64,000 bases of DNA, from assembly GCA_964019335.1 (NCBI GenBank), contig OZ025722.1:62001-126000 (forward strand), in the 5' to 3' direction. A model generated the notes under the pieces. That model was not told where the DNA came from. It worked only from the letters and a program-made list of their open reading frames with translations, and made no database searches. Shown here piece by piece: positions 11,101 through 19,969 of this stretch. The DNA is from Diplonema japonicum. Lineage: Eukaryota > Protista > Euglenozoa: Diplonemea. Both the position numbers and the translations under genes were made by a program. The stretch's first letter is position 1, and each line of letters opens with the position of its first letter.

Positions 11101-12911
11101 GGAACACCTATTGGAGTTTAACAACTTCAAACAGATCCTTCTGTCCACCCTCGGGACAGAAGAGAGCAATTTTGGTGCTGTGGCCGCCACAGTGAAGGAA
11201 CTGAAGAGCACCGCGGAGCAGGTGCCCGCGTATCGGGAAACCATCGAATTGTTGGAGAGTAGTAATCAGTTGCTTAACAGCAAGACAGCTGAATGCACAG
11301 CAGCACTAAGCAGGAGGGAACAGGAGCTGTCCGTGTACGCAGAGCACAGCAGCAACCTTGAAGCCATCGCAAAACAACACTGCGGGATCAGTGGCGGCAC
11401 CTTTGCCGACGTGGTTGCATCGGTTGGGGAGGAACTGAAGCGAATGTCTGTGTGGCACGACAGCGGGAACACACCGCAGCCTAGCCCCACCAACGAGGGC
11501 AGCCACCTGGCGCATGCCCAACGGCAGATCAAGCAATTCACAGCGAAGATCGACGAACTGAACACGAAAATAAGCAATCTTGAAGCAGAGCTCGACAGGC
11601 TGCAGAACGTATGCCTGCAGGAAGCAGAGGTCGAGAATAAAATGCTGCTAAAGGAAATGAACACACTTAAAGAAAGGTTGGAGCAAGCACGAGTGGCCGA
11701 GGCGCAAAGAGACATCTACACACAGCATGCGGAACGCATGCACTCGCTGACCGTGAACCAGCTGGGGAAGAGGAAGTCTCGACAGCCAAGCACCTTGAAG
11801 CTGTGTTTAGACCTCTACAACTTCGACGAAGCGGGCAAGGATGGAAGCAACGAGAGCTCGCCTACCATGCTTGATGTCAGAGCCCCCACGCCACTCTCGC
11901 GAAAGGTGTCGCTGGACTGCGACCTGGCACTGCACTGTATTGAGATCACCAGCATTCCAGAAGAACCGGAGAGAGAGGTAGACCTCGAGACCTTAAAGAT
12001 GAGACTGAAACTGGTGGAGGAGGAGACCAACGTGCACCTGCAGGAAGTGGTGTCAGGCGAAGAGGAGATCATACTACGCATGAACACAATGCAGAGCAGG
12101 ATGTCAGTTGTCGAGATCGATGCGGCAGCAGCGGCCACTCAGTACGCCGATGCAAAGAAGCGTCTGGCTAGGTCAGAGGCAGAGGTCGAGGAACTCAAGA
12201 AGCAGATCTGTGACCTACAGGAGAACGAGACCGAAAGAAGCGTTGAGATCGACTTCCTGCAGACGGAGCAGTCGGATGGCAGGCAGCTGCAGATCGAACT
12301 CGAGCAGCACGCGGCGAAAATGGCATCACTAGAAATGGAGGTCGACGAACTGAAGTTGGCACTAGAGCAGGAAAAGAGTGAGAAAGACACGCTTGAGCGA
12401 CAAGTGGAAGACGCACACCAGAAGGACATAGAAGTAGAGAAGCTGAAGACGACTCTTGGCAGAGAACAAGTTGTGAATGAAGGGCTCAAAACGCAGATCC
12501 AAGAGGTGCGTGGGATCAACGTGAAAGCAACAGCTGCCTCCGATGCGCTCCGTGCGGAGTGTCAGAAGTTGCGGGGGCAGATCACAGACGTCACGCAGAA
12601 CGAGTACACATGGCTCTACACCGTCGCGGAGCTTGCAAACCTCGTCCCCAACGGGGACGAGGCATCTAGGGAGGCTATTGCAAATCTTCGGGAGCAGGTC
12701 ACCCTTTACATGAACTCCGCCCGTGAGAAGGAGAGCGAGTCTGAAATAAAGCAAGCAGCACCCCTCCCACCCTTCTCGGCAGAGGACAGCTTTGATGACA
12801 GTCTGCCACCACATGTTCTGTCGCTTCTGCTACGCAACTGGCGTGTCGAAGCGGTGAAGATGGAAAAACATACGGAGGCCGTGAGCATGGTATGCGGGGA
12901 AGAGAATCTAA

Positions 12912-12944
<33 letters not shown>

Positions 12945-14641
12945 AGGGCGTTGTGTCGCCTGACAGTTACACACCTGTTGCAGAGGATGAGCGGTTGATA
13001 AGCAACAGTCTAGCATCGGAGCTGGAAGCTTTGAAGGCGAAGCTGTGCGAGATATACGAATGGTACGGCAGCGTGAAAAACAACAGCACGGCAGCCAACA
13101 ACAAAACCTGCAGCGCGTTGGGCGAAGAAGTAGCCTCACCCCACGGAGGAGCCTTGCCGCCCGTGAGGTCGGGAACACCCCTGCACTACCAGTACAGGTC
13201 GAGGTCCGTGACGCCATGCTTCGCTGCGGAAGACGAGGGCAATCAAATGGGAATGGCGGTGGATGGGAAACAAGAACCATGCTGGGGACGAATGGTGTGC
13301 CTGGAGACGGGATGGTGGGTGGCCGACACAAGGGGCATCGCAGACGATGTCAAGCAACGTGTGGAAGAAGGTCTGCGCGAAGTTGCCGAGTCAACCACAG
13401 CACCACACATATGGAAGGAAGACAACACCGCAGACGGTGTGGCGGGCACAGAGTCGGGCGAGATGCTCGCAGGCGCCTGCAACACAATGCTGACCCACGC
13501 TACTACAGAACCCATCTATTCAGTCCTCCTTTCAATCCTCGAACCCGGTGTTGAGGCTACCCTCCTTCATCTTACTTCAATACTATCAGCTCTCCCATCA
13601 CGCGAGTCCCTCCCTCTTCTTTCTGACGCGGATGTCCTACTACTCTTCCTTGCTTCTCTGTCATGCCACGAGCTCGATGCTGTGTTGGACAAAACACCAG
13701 GGACCCACTCCACTTCGGTGAAACAGTTAATCGAATCAACTCCGAGACAGCTTCTGCAGGACCCAGCCTCGGCATCGTCGTACGGCTGTGCAGTGACGTC
13801 GGTCCTCCACAACATCTTGTCGCTCGACAATGATGTCCCGTCCATGGTGTACAGGGAGATGCTTGTAACGGAAGACATTGCAGAGGACCACTCCGCCCAA
13901 CTGGAGGGTAGTTACTACGGTTGGGCAGCCCCAACCATCGTGAAAGACAGCAGGGACCATTTCCCTTCATCTTCGAGGGATAGGAAGAAATTGACGCCGT
14001 TGGTGTTTCTCATAACGGGTTTGGAAAAGGGGGCGAGGCTGCCGCACCGCCCCGGTGAAATATTGCTCCCCCCGTTTTCATATTTCATGGTGGAGTCGGT
14101 TCGAGAGAACGAGGAGAAGGTCACGATGGTCACAATGCGGTGGGAGGGTATAGGGTCGGAGACGGGGGTTAGAAACGATGGCTTGTATCTCCTTCATGAC
14201 CTTGAGATGGGTGCAGCCATGGCTCACAAAGGAGGAGTGATCCAGCTCCCTGTTGAGAAGATTAAAAAAAAGCTAGGGCTTGGGAAAATCGAAGCCGATC
14301 TGGTGTGTGAACGAGAACGGAGCAACAAGCTCCGCGAGGCCCTCGACGAAGCTGTCGGAAGCTGCGAAAACAAAGAAGCGCTCTGCGAAAAACTTCAAAA
14401 ATACGAAAAAGAAATCGCACGCCTCAAAGAGGACCTTCAAGATGAAACCACGTTCAGCCGAAACCTCGAGGCCTCCCTTGCTGCCATCCAACGACAGAAA
14501 ACAAGCATCAAGGCACGGTCACCTGCAACTTCGAAGCTTGCGACACCTTCACCCAAAAAACCAGTACCCACTACACCCGAAGACAAGCGGACTTACTCAT
14601 CTTCCTCCTCTTCTGAAAAAACCGCGAAACGGTGGAAGTAA
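8159..14641 (+). CDS. Giant coiled-coil protein (~2140 aa) with a C-terminal degenerate ADP-ribosyltransferase-like domain; probable in-frame intron 12890-12946
   Basis: 6.5-kb ORF; ATG 8159 follows TTTTCTCTCTTTTCGTTTCTCAG; heptad-rich E/K/Q/L sequence; VYRE...YYGWAAPT...VFLI...GEILLPPFSYFMV near 13850-14090. Confidence 0.8.
12890..12946 (+). other. 57-nt in-frame GT-AG intron (alternative donor GTGAGC at 12881)
   Basis: GTATGCGGGGAAGAGAATCTAAC-poly(A)-CAG; branch point CTAAC followed by poly(A); otherwise read as poly-Lys. Confidence 0.7.
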
Positions 14642-14846
14642 AAAAAAAAAAAAAAAGGAAAAAAACCATCTCTTCTTTTCTTTTTTTTTATATTCTTTTA
14701 GATGTTTAGAATGCACATATTAACACCTCTTTCCCCCCCCCCAACAAAAAAGAACCCCCCCCGACAAAAAAACTACAAACAAATAGAGACAATATTCCAC
14801 TCGTTGTTCTTTCTTTTTTTTTTTCTGTTTCTTTTTTTTTTTTTTT

Positions 14847-15611
14847 TTGGAGGTGGAGCAGAGGCTGCTCTCGATCGGGTGGGCGGCACAAGCGGTACGC
14901 GTGCTAGCAAGTGGCAGGAAGACGTGCACGTGGCTGGTTGCGTCGGAGGCTGAACCGCCTGGCCTTCTGTTCGGGAGCGGCGACGAGCAGTGGGTGATCC
15001 GGCCGCATAACGGGGAGGGTGACCTGCTGAAGCACTCCACATGGGGGAGCAGAGGTGGGCCGAGGAAACCGACGCCAGCCTCTCCACCTGCTGCCAAGAA
15101 GAGCACGAAGTCGAATGACTTCCCCCCCCTACGAACCGCCGCGCAGCCTCGACCTGCCAAGCAACCGAAGCAACCGAAGCGGGACGGCGAAGCTGAGCAG
15201 TCGTTCCACTCGTGGTGGCAGGCCAAGGAGGCCGAGTTCGCGGAGAAGGATCGCCGACACGAGGAGACGATGGCGAAGCTCCATCACGAACAGCAGAGGA
15301 GGCAGGCTGACCAGGAGGCCATGTCGAAGGCGCTACGGGACGCACTGAACAAGATTGTCCGGATGCAAGAGGAGCAGGAGCGAACGCAAGCCCGGCTGAT
15401 GGAGGTGGAGCAGCAGCTTACCGAGTTGGCGGCGGTTGCGCTGACAAGCAGTGGCAGCAGGAAGAGAACGGCAGGCGGTGAAGAAAAAGGCGGGAAGGTG
15501 TCGAAGTCCGGCGCGAGGTCCACAGCGAGCACCCCCACGCAGATGGCGGTCGACCCGCAGCACCCAACCACCCCGCTGCTGCTGCCCCAAGGGCCGGCGC
15601 AACAACAATAG
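14847..15611 (+). CDS. LINE ORF1 (5'-truncated; basic Pro-rich region + coiled coil)
   Basis: Open frame from the element boundary with no ATG until 15270; coiled coil EAEFAEKDRR...EQQLTEL; ends in TAG in frame with ORF2. Confidence 0.7.
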   Translation: MEVEQRLLSIGWAAQAVRVLASGRKTCTWLVASEAEPPGLLFGSGDEQWVIRPHNGEGDLLKHSTWGSRGGPRKPTPASPPAAKKSTKSNDFPPLRTAAQPRPAKQPKQPKRDGEAEQSFHSWWQAKEAEFAEKDRRHEETMAKLHHEQQRRQADQEAMSKALRDALNKIVRMQEEQERTQARLMEVEQQLTELAAVALTSSGSRKRTAGGEEKGGKVSKSGARSTASTPTQMAVDPQHPTTPLLLPQGPAQQQ

Positions 15612-15620
15612 CAATTACAG
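15606..15620 (+). promoter_or_regulatory. Putative programmed stop-codon readthrough signal CAA-UAG-CAA-UUA-CAG
   Basis: Only stop between in-frame ORF1 and ORF2; exact match to the UAG-CAR-YYA leaky-stop consensus of tobamoviruses, with a CAA codon upstream. Confidence 0.75.
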
Positions 15621-18600
15621 TTGTCGGCAGGGATGAGTGGAGGAAGCGCTAGTGGCCCACCTCTGCTCGATGACGTGCTCCGGATCACATCGATCAACGT
15701 CGGGTCGCTGCACAACAAGCTCCCGCAGGTCCTCGCAACACAAGATGAAATCGTATGCCTGCAGGAGACCAAGCTCACTGAACACGGTCAGCACCAGCTA
15801 TCGCAGGCGATCGATGAGGGCGGGTATCACCCCCTATGGGGCCGCGCTCAGGAAGGCATGCCAGACAGAGCAGGGGTACTCAATCCGAATCTTGGGCAAA
15901 GGGGAGGCGTCGCGGTGCTGACAAAGAAAGGCAGACCTGCCATCGTAGCTCCTGCGTCGGGGATCACTGTGCAACCGAACAGGTGGCTGCACACCATGAT
16001 AAACGTGGATGGCCGCGATCTATGGGTCCACGTCATCACGGTGTATTGCAGTGCCGGTTACTACGGGAAGGATGACAGGGAGCGACTCCTGCACGCGCTG
16101 CTCGTTGACCTGAGGGCTAGGCTTGGGGAGGTGCCGATCCTGATCTTGGGGGATTTGAACACGGACGTTTCCGGGTCGGCGACGCTGAGGCACGCAGTGG
16201 AAAACGACTGGGTCGATGTCGGAGCACTTCAGGCCGAGAAGGACGGAAGGAGACCTGACCACACCTTTGAGCGACCCGGGACGGAGACTAAGACGCGGAT
16301 AGACTTTGTCCTAGCCAACGCAGTGGCTGCCGGGGCGCTGAAACGCTTCTGGACGCACAAGAGGGTAAGGACTGGGGAGCATCTGTGCCTTTCTGTTGAG
16401 CTCTTCACACCGACGCTCAAGAAACGGACAAAGCGGTTTTTCCTCCCGAGGGAACTACCGGTGGGAGCGGTAACGCCTGACACTGAGCTTGACCAAGAGC
16501 TTGCTGACGACGACGTGCTCCGTCATGCTGCCGACAACAGGGACGTGGGAGGCCTCTACACCGTGCTGAGCTGCGCAACCGAGCGGTACATGCTGTCCGC
16601 CGCCGGGGTGACGAATGTGAAGCCGTTCGTAGGCAGGGGGGAACCACGGGAGCTGTCGGAGAAGATGGTGGCGGCGAAGTCGACTGGGACGTCAGGAGGG
16701 GCGGCCGCGCGGGACCAGACGATGCACGGCAACCTGAAGAGGAAGATTCAGGCTCTCAGGATCGGGCTGAACGAGGCGCTGCTGCGGGGTGGACCAGGAA
16801 CGCTGCCGGCGATGCTGCATGGGACGTGGAAGAACATCGTGAAGCTGGCCGGGAAGATGCGCCTCGGGGTCGTGCTGGACGAAGATCTCCTACGGGGACC
16901 CAGCCTGGAAGCCGCGCTGGTGGGACTGCAGGAGCTGGAGGCTGCAGCGGACCAGGGTGACATGGAAACGGTGAAGCAGCAGCGTCTGGAGAACGAGGCA
17001 AGATACAGGAAGCGGGTGGCGGCTGATTTCCGTGACGACAGACGGCGTATCGTGGCGTACGTCAAGGGGAACAAGGAAGCCCACACACTGGCAGTTGCGA
17101 AAGAGGACAGTAGGTTGACGGTAGATCTGGAGGAGATCGACGCACTGATGAGGGGGGCGTGGGCCTCTGTCTTCCACCTGTACCCGAACAAGAGCGACCG
17201 GCCCTCCTACGCTGCCTTCAAGGAGAGGTATGGCAAGTATGTCGACGGGCACCCCATGGAACTGGAACCGATCACGGGTGGCGACCTCAGGGAGGTGCTG
17301 AACAGTAGGCCGGCGAGAGGAACCCCGGGTGTGGACGGCTGGAGGATCGCGGAGCTGAAGGCTATACCTGACGCGCTGCTGGAGAGGTGGGCGCAGCTCT
17401 TCAACATCATCGAGGAGACCGGCGAATGGCCGGAGGCGCTACTGACGGCACTCGTCTCCCTGATACCCAAGGGTGAGGACAGATCCCCGCTGAACCATCG
17501 GCCGATCACGGTCACCAGCGCTGTGTACAGGCTGTGGGCGACGACGAGGATGAGGCGCATCTTGGTCTGGCAGGAGTCGTGGGCGCACACGTCACAGCAC
17601 GGTTTCAGGTCGAGGAGAGGGACGGACACGCTGCTGCTGGAGCTGACGACGCAACTCGAGGAAGCCCTGCTGTCGGGCACACCGATGCACGGTCTCGCAC
17701 TGGACTTTGTCAAGTGCTTCGACCGCATCCCGCGGGAGGTGGCACTTGGACTGATGGGGGACCTGGGGCTACATCAGAACATACTGCGGCCGCTGACGAC
17801 GATGTACGAGTCCCTCAGGCGGAGGTTCAAGTACCCGACAGGGGTGGGTGACGAGTTCGCCACATCGAACGGCATCTTGCAGGGGTGCCCGATCTCGGTG
17901 GTGATGGTGAACGCGCTGGTGGGGGTGATGGTGAGGGCGATCATGGCGGAGGTGCCCGGGGCAGATTCCCTGTCGTACGCAGATGACGTGTACCTGATTG
18001 CAGCTCTGCTCAGCGCACTGGAGAAGGCGGCAGCGGGGGTAGGTGAATTCTCTCTGCTAACGGGGATGAGTCTCAACCTCAAGAAGACGGACATGTTCTC
18101 CACAGAAGGGTCCGGGTCGGTGAAGTGTGGGCGGGAAGTGCTTGCAGCCAAGACGGAGATCAGCGCCCTGGGCATCAAGGTTTGCATGGACGGCGAGCAC
18201 AGGGCCAAGCCCCTTGTGGGAATGGAGCGGGCGTGCGGAAGGCTGGCTGCCATGCCGTTGGGATTCTCACAGAAGGCAAGGATCATCTCCAGCTCCATCC
18301 TCCCCTCTTGCCTCTACGGTGTTGCGTATGCCCCCCCCTCGAAAGTGGATGCAGGCACAATCCGGTCGAGAGTAGCGACATGCCTCTGGGGACCGAAGTT
18401 CAAGATGCGCTCACCGTGTGCTGTAGCGAACATCTTGCTGCCGGGGCACACGACGGACCCGCTGGTGGTGACGCTTTATCGACTGTTGTGCACGGTGGTG
18501 AAGGTTGGTAGGTCGGATGCAGAGCTGTGGGACCGGATGGGAAGGTGTGCCGCCCTGTACCTGCAGAGCGACGTGGAGGCCCAGGGACCAGTGGGAACCC

Positions 18601-19745
18601 TAGTGAGACGATGGCTGCCGGCGGTCGGGAAGAGCTGGAGTTTTGTGGAAGGGCTGCGTACCACGACCGAGCGGGAACGCAAACACGAGATCCGCCGAGT
18701 GGCACGGGCCATGACAGCAGCGGAACAAGCAGAAGGGAGGACCTCCTACAGCGGCATGCCAGAGGGGGCCGACCCGGTCACGAACGGGTGGTGGAGGGCG
18801 CTCGCGAACAACCCGATGGCGGCGTACAGGTTGAGGAGGCTGATTGCTGGGGCGGTGTTTGCGGTGTACCCTGCGGTGCGGGGAGTGGCGGAGGGGCCGG
18901 ACAACCCGCTGCAGCACCTCTGTGACGTGTGTGGGGAGCGTTACGGCAGCTACACCGAGGTGCTGGAGCACGCCCTCTGGCGATGCGAACTCGGAGATGC
19001 GGTGCGGGGCAAGGCAGAGTATGCGAGTCTCGACCCGGCGACCATGCCGAACGCGACGACGCTCCACGGGATAGTGCCCAGGGGATGCCAAGACAAGCCG
19101 AGGGCCCTGTTGGTGCAAAGGTACCTGCTGGAGGTGGTCACACTGAGGGATACGGCGGTGGAAGCGAACCGCGCATTGCAGACGCAGACATACCCGTGGC
19201 GGGTGGTCGTGACGGGAAGGGCACACCCGACGCCGACGGTGGCCGAATTACGTGGGCTGGGAGCATCGGGGAAGGTGATGGACAGGCTGCTGGGGCCGGT
19301 GCTGAGGTGGCTGAGTGGCTTGCTGTGGGATGACGCCCCTGGACGGCACACGACGGTTACGACGCTGGAGCTTGCCCTCGACTTCGAGCGGGAGACGGAG
19401 CTGCCGCTAGACGACGGCGGGGAAGTGGGCAAGGTGGAGGACCTGGGCGTCAAGGCAAGGAGGCTGAGGTATGTGCTGAGACGTGTCCAGGACCTGTACC
19501 ACGCTGATGGCAGAAGGACGGCGTTCCCAGCAGCGCGAGTGGATCGCGTCAACTCCCTGCGCTGTATAGGAGGACCGACCACACACGGGTATGACAGGAG
19601 GCCAGTACTCCCGGAGCGAACCATGAGCAGCATCGAAGGCTTGCGTGACACGTACCTGTCGCAGACCCCGACAAGGCTGCCCCGCAGTTTTACCACCGCA
19701 GTAGGAACCCGCCAGAGCCCCCAGAACGGGGACAACGGGGACTAA
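15612..19745 (+). CDS. LINE ORF2: AP-endonuclease + reverse transcriptase + CCHC-type zinc finger (first ATG 15633)
   Basis: APE motifs SINVGSL, CLQETK, LGDLN, TRIDF, GEH. RT motifs PGVDG, LIPKG..HRPI, QHGFR, LDFVKCFD, GILQGCPIS, YADD (17976). Zinc finger CDVC-x10-H-x4-C. Confidence 0.95.
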   Translation, partial: QLQLSAGMSGGSASGPPLLDDVLRITSINVGSLHNKLPQVLATQDEIVCLQETKLTEHGQHQLSQAIDEGGYHPLWGRAQEGMPDRAGVLNPNLGQRGGVAVLTKKGRPAIVAPASGITVQPNRWLHTMINVDGRDLWVHVITVYCSAGYYGKDDRERLLHALLVDLRARLGEVPILILGDLNTDVSGSATLRHAVENDWVDVGALQAEKDGRRPDHTFERPGTETKTRIDFVLANAVAAGALKRFWTHKRVRTGEHLCLSVELFTPTLKKRTKRFFLPRELPVGAVTPDTELDQELADDDVLRHAADNRDVGGLYTVLSCATERYMLSAAGVTNVKPFVGRGEPRELSEKMVAAKSTGTSGGAAARDQTMHGNLKRKIQALRIGLNEALLRGGPGTLPAMLHGTWKNIVKLAGKMRLGVVLDEDLLRGPSLEAALVGLQELEAAADQGDMETVKQQRLENEARYRKRVAADFRDDRRRIVAYVKGNKEAHTLAVAKEDSRLTVDLEEIDALMRGAWASVFHLYPNKSDRPSYAAFKERYGKYVDGHPMELEPITGGDLREVLNSRPARGTPGVDGWRIAELKAIPDALLERWAQLFNIIEETGEWPEALLTALVSLIPKGEDRSPLNHRPITVTSAVYRLWATTRMRRILVWQESWAHTSQHGFRSRRGTDTLLLELTTQLEEALLSGTPMHGLALDFVKCFDRIPREVALGLMGDLGLHQNILRPLTTMYESLRRRFKYPTGVGDEFATSNGILQGCPISVVMVNALVGVMVRAIMAEVPGADSLSYADDVYLIAALLSALEKAAAGVGEFSLLTGMSLNLKKTDMFSTEGSGSVKCGREVLAAKTEISALGIKVCMDGEHRAKPLVGMERACGRLAAMPLGFSQKARIISSSILPSCLYGVAYAPPSKVDAGTIRSRVATCLWGPKFKMRSPCAVANILLPGHTTDPLVVTLYRLLCTVVKVGRSDAELWDRMGRCAALYLQSDVEAQGPVGTLVRRWLPAVGKSWSFVEGLRTTTERERKHEIRRVARAMTAAEQAEGRTSYSGMPEGADPVTNGWWRALANNPMAAYRLRRLIAGAVFAVYPAVRGVAEGPDNPLQHLCDVCGERYGSYTEVLEHALWRCELGDAVRGKAEYASLDPATMPNATTLHGIVPRGCQDKPRALLVQRYLLEVVTLRDTAVEANRALQTQTYPWRVVVTGRAHPTPTVAELRGLGASGKVMDRLLGPVLRWLSGLLWDDAPGRHTTVTTLELALDFERETELPLDDGGEVGKVEDLGVKARRLRYVLRRVQDLYHADGRRTAFPAARVDRVNSLRCIGGPTTHGYDRRPVLPERTMSSIEGLRDTYLSQTPTRLPRSFTTAVGTRQSPQNGDNGD

Positions 19746-19856
19746 GAACAGCGCGGCCGGTGAGCGCAAAAACGCATACCTTAAAAGAATAGTTTTTTTT
19801 TTTTTTTTCCATTCTCCCTTTCCCCCTGCTTTTATATTAGTGCCAATATTCCCTCC

Positions 19857-19895
<39 letters not shown>

Positions 19896-19969
19896 CCCTC
19901 CAACTTTTTTTTTTCTTTTTCTTTATCATGGAAAGAGTTTTATAATTCATCAAAGAAAGGCGGAGAAGG

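Larger units (their letters stand above)
14849..19792 (+). mobile_element. Non-LTR retrotransposon (LINE; ORF1 + APE-RT-zinc finger ORF2), probably 5'-truncated
   Basis: GC-rich 4.9-kb block without long homopolymers, lying between two T runs; intact ORF2; ~47-nt 3' UTR. Confidence 0.92.

Noticed and set aside
14849-14950. L1Tc/ingi-type 5' HDV-like ribozyme or 2A peptide
   Set aside because: The element starts inside an open ORF1 frame, and I saw neither a DxExNPGP motif nor a convincing ribozyme fold
15609-15611. Genome-wide UAG reassignment as the explanation for the LINE junction
   Set aside because: TAG, TAA and TGA all end ordinary genes in this window (e.g. TAG 8021, TAA 5407, TGA 22744), and long host genes have no internal TAG
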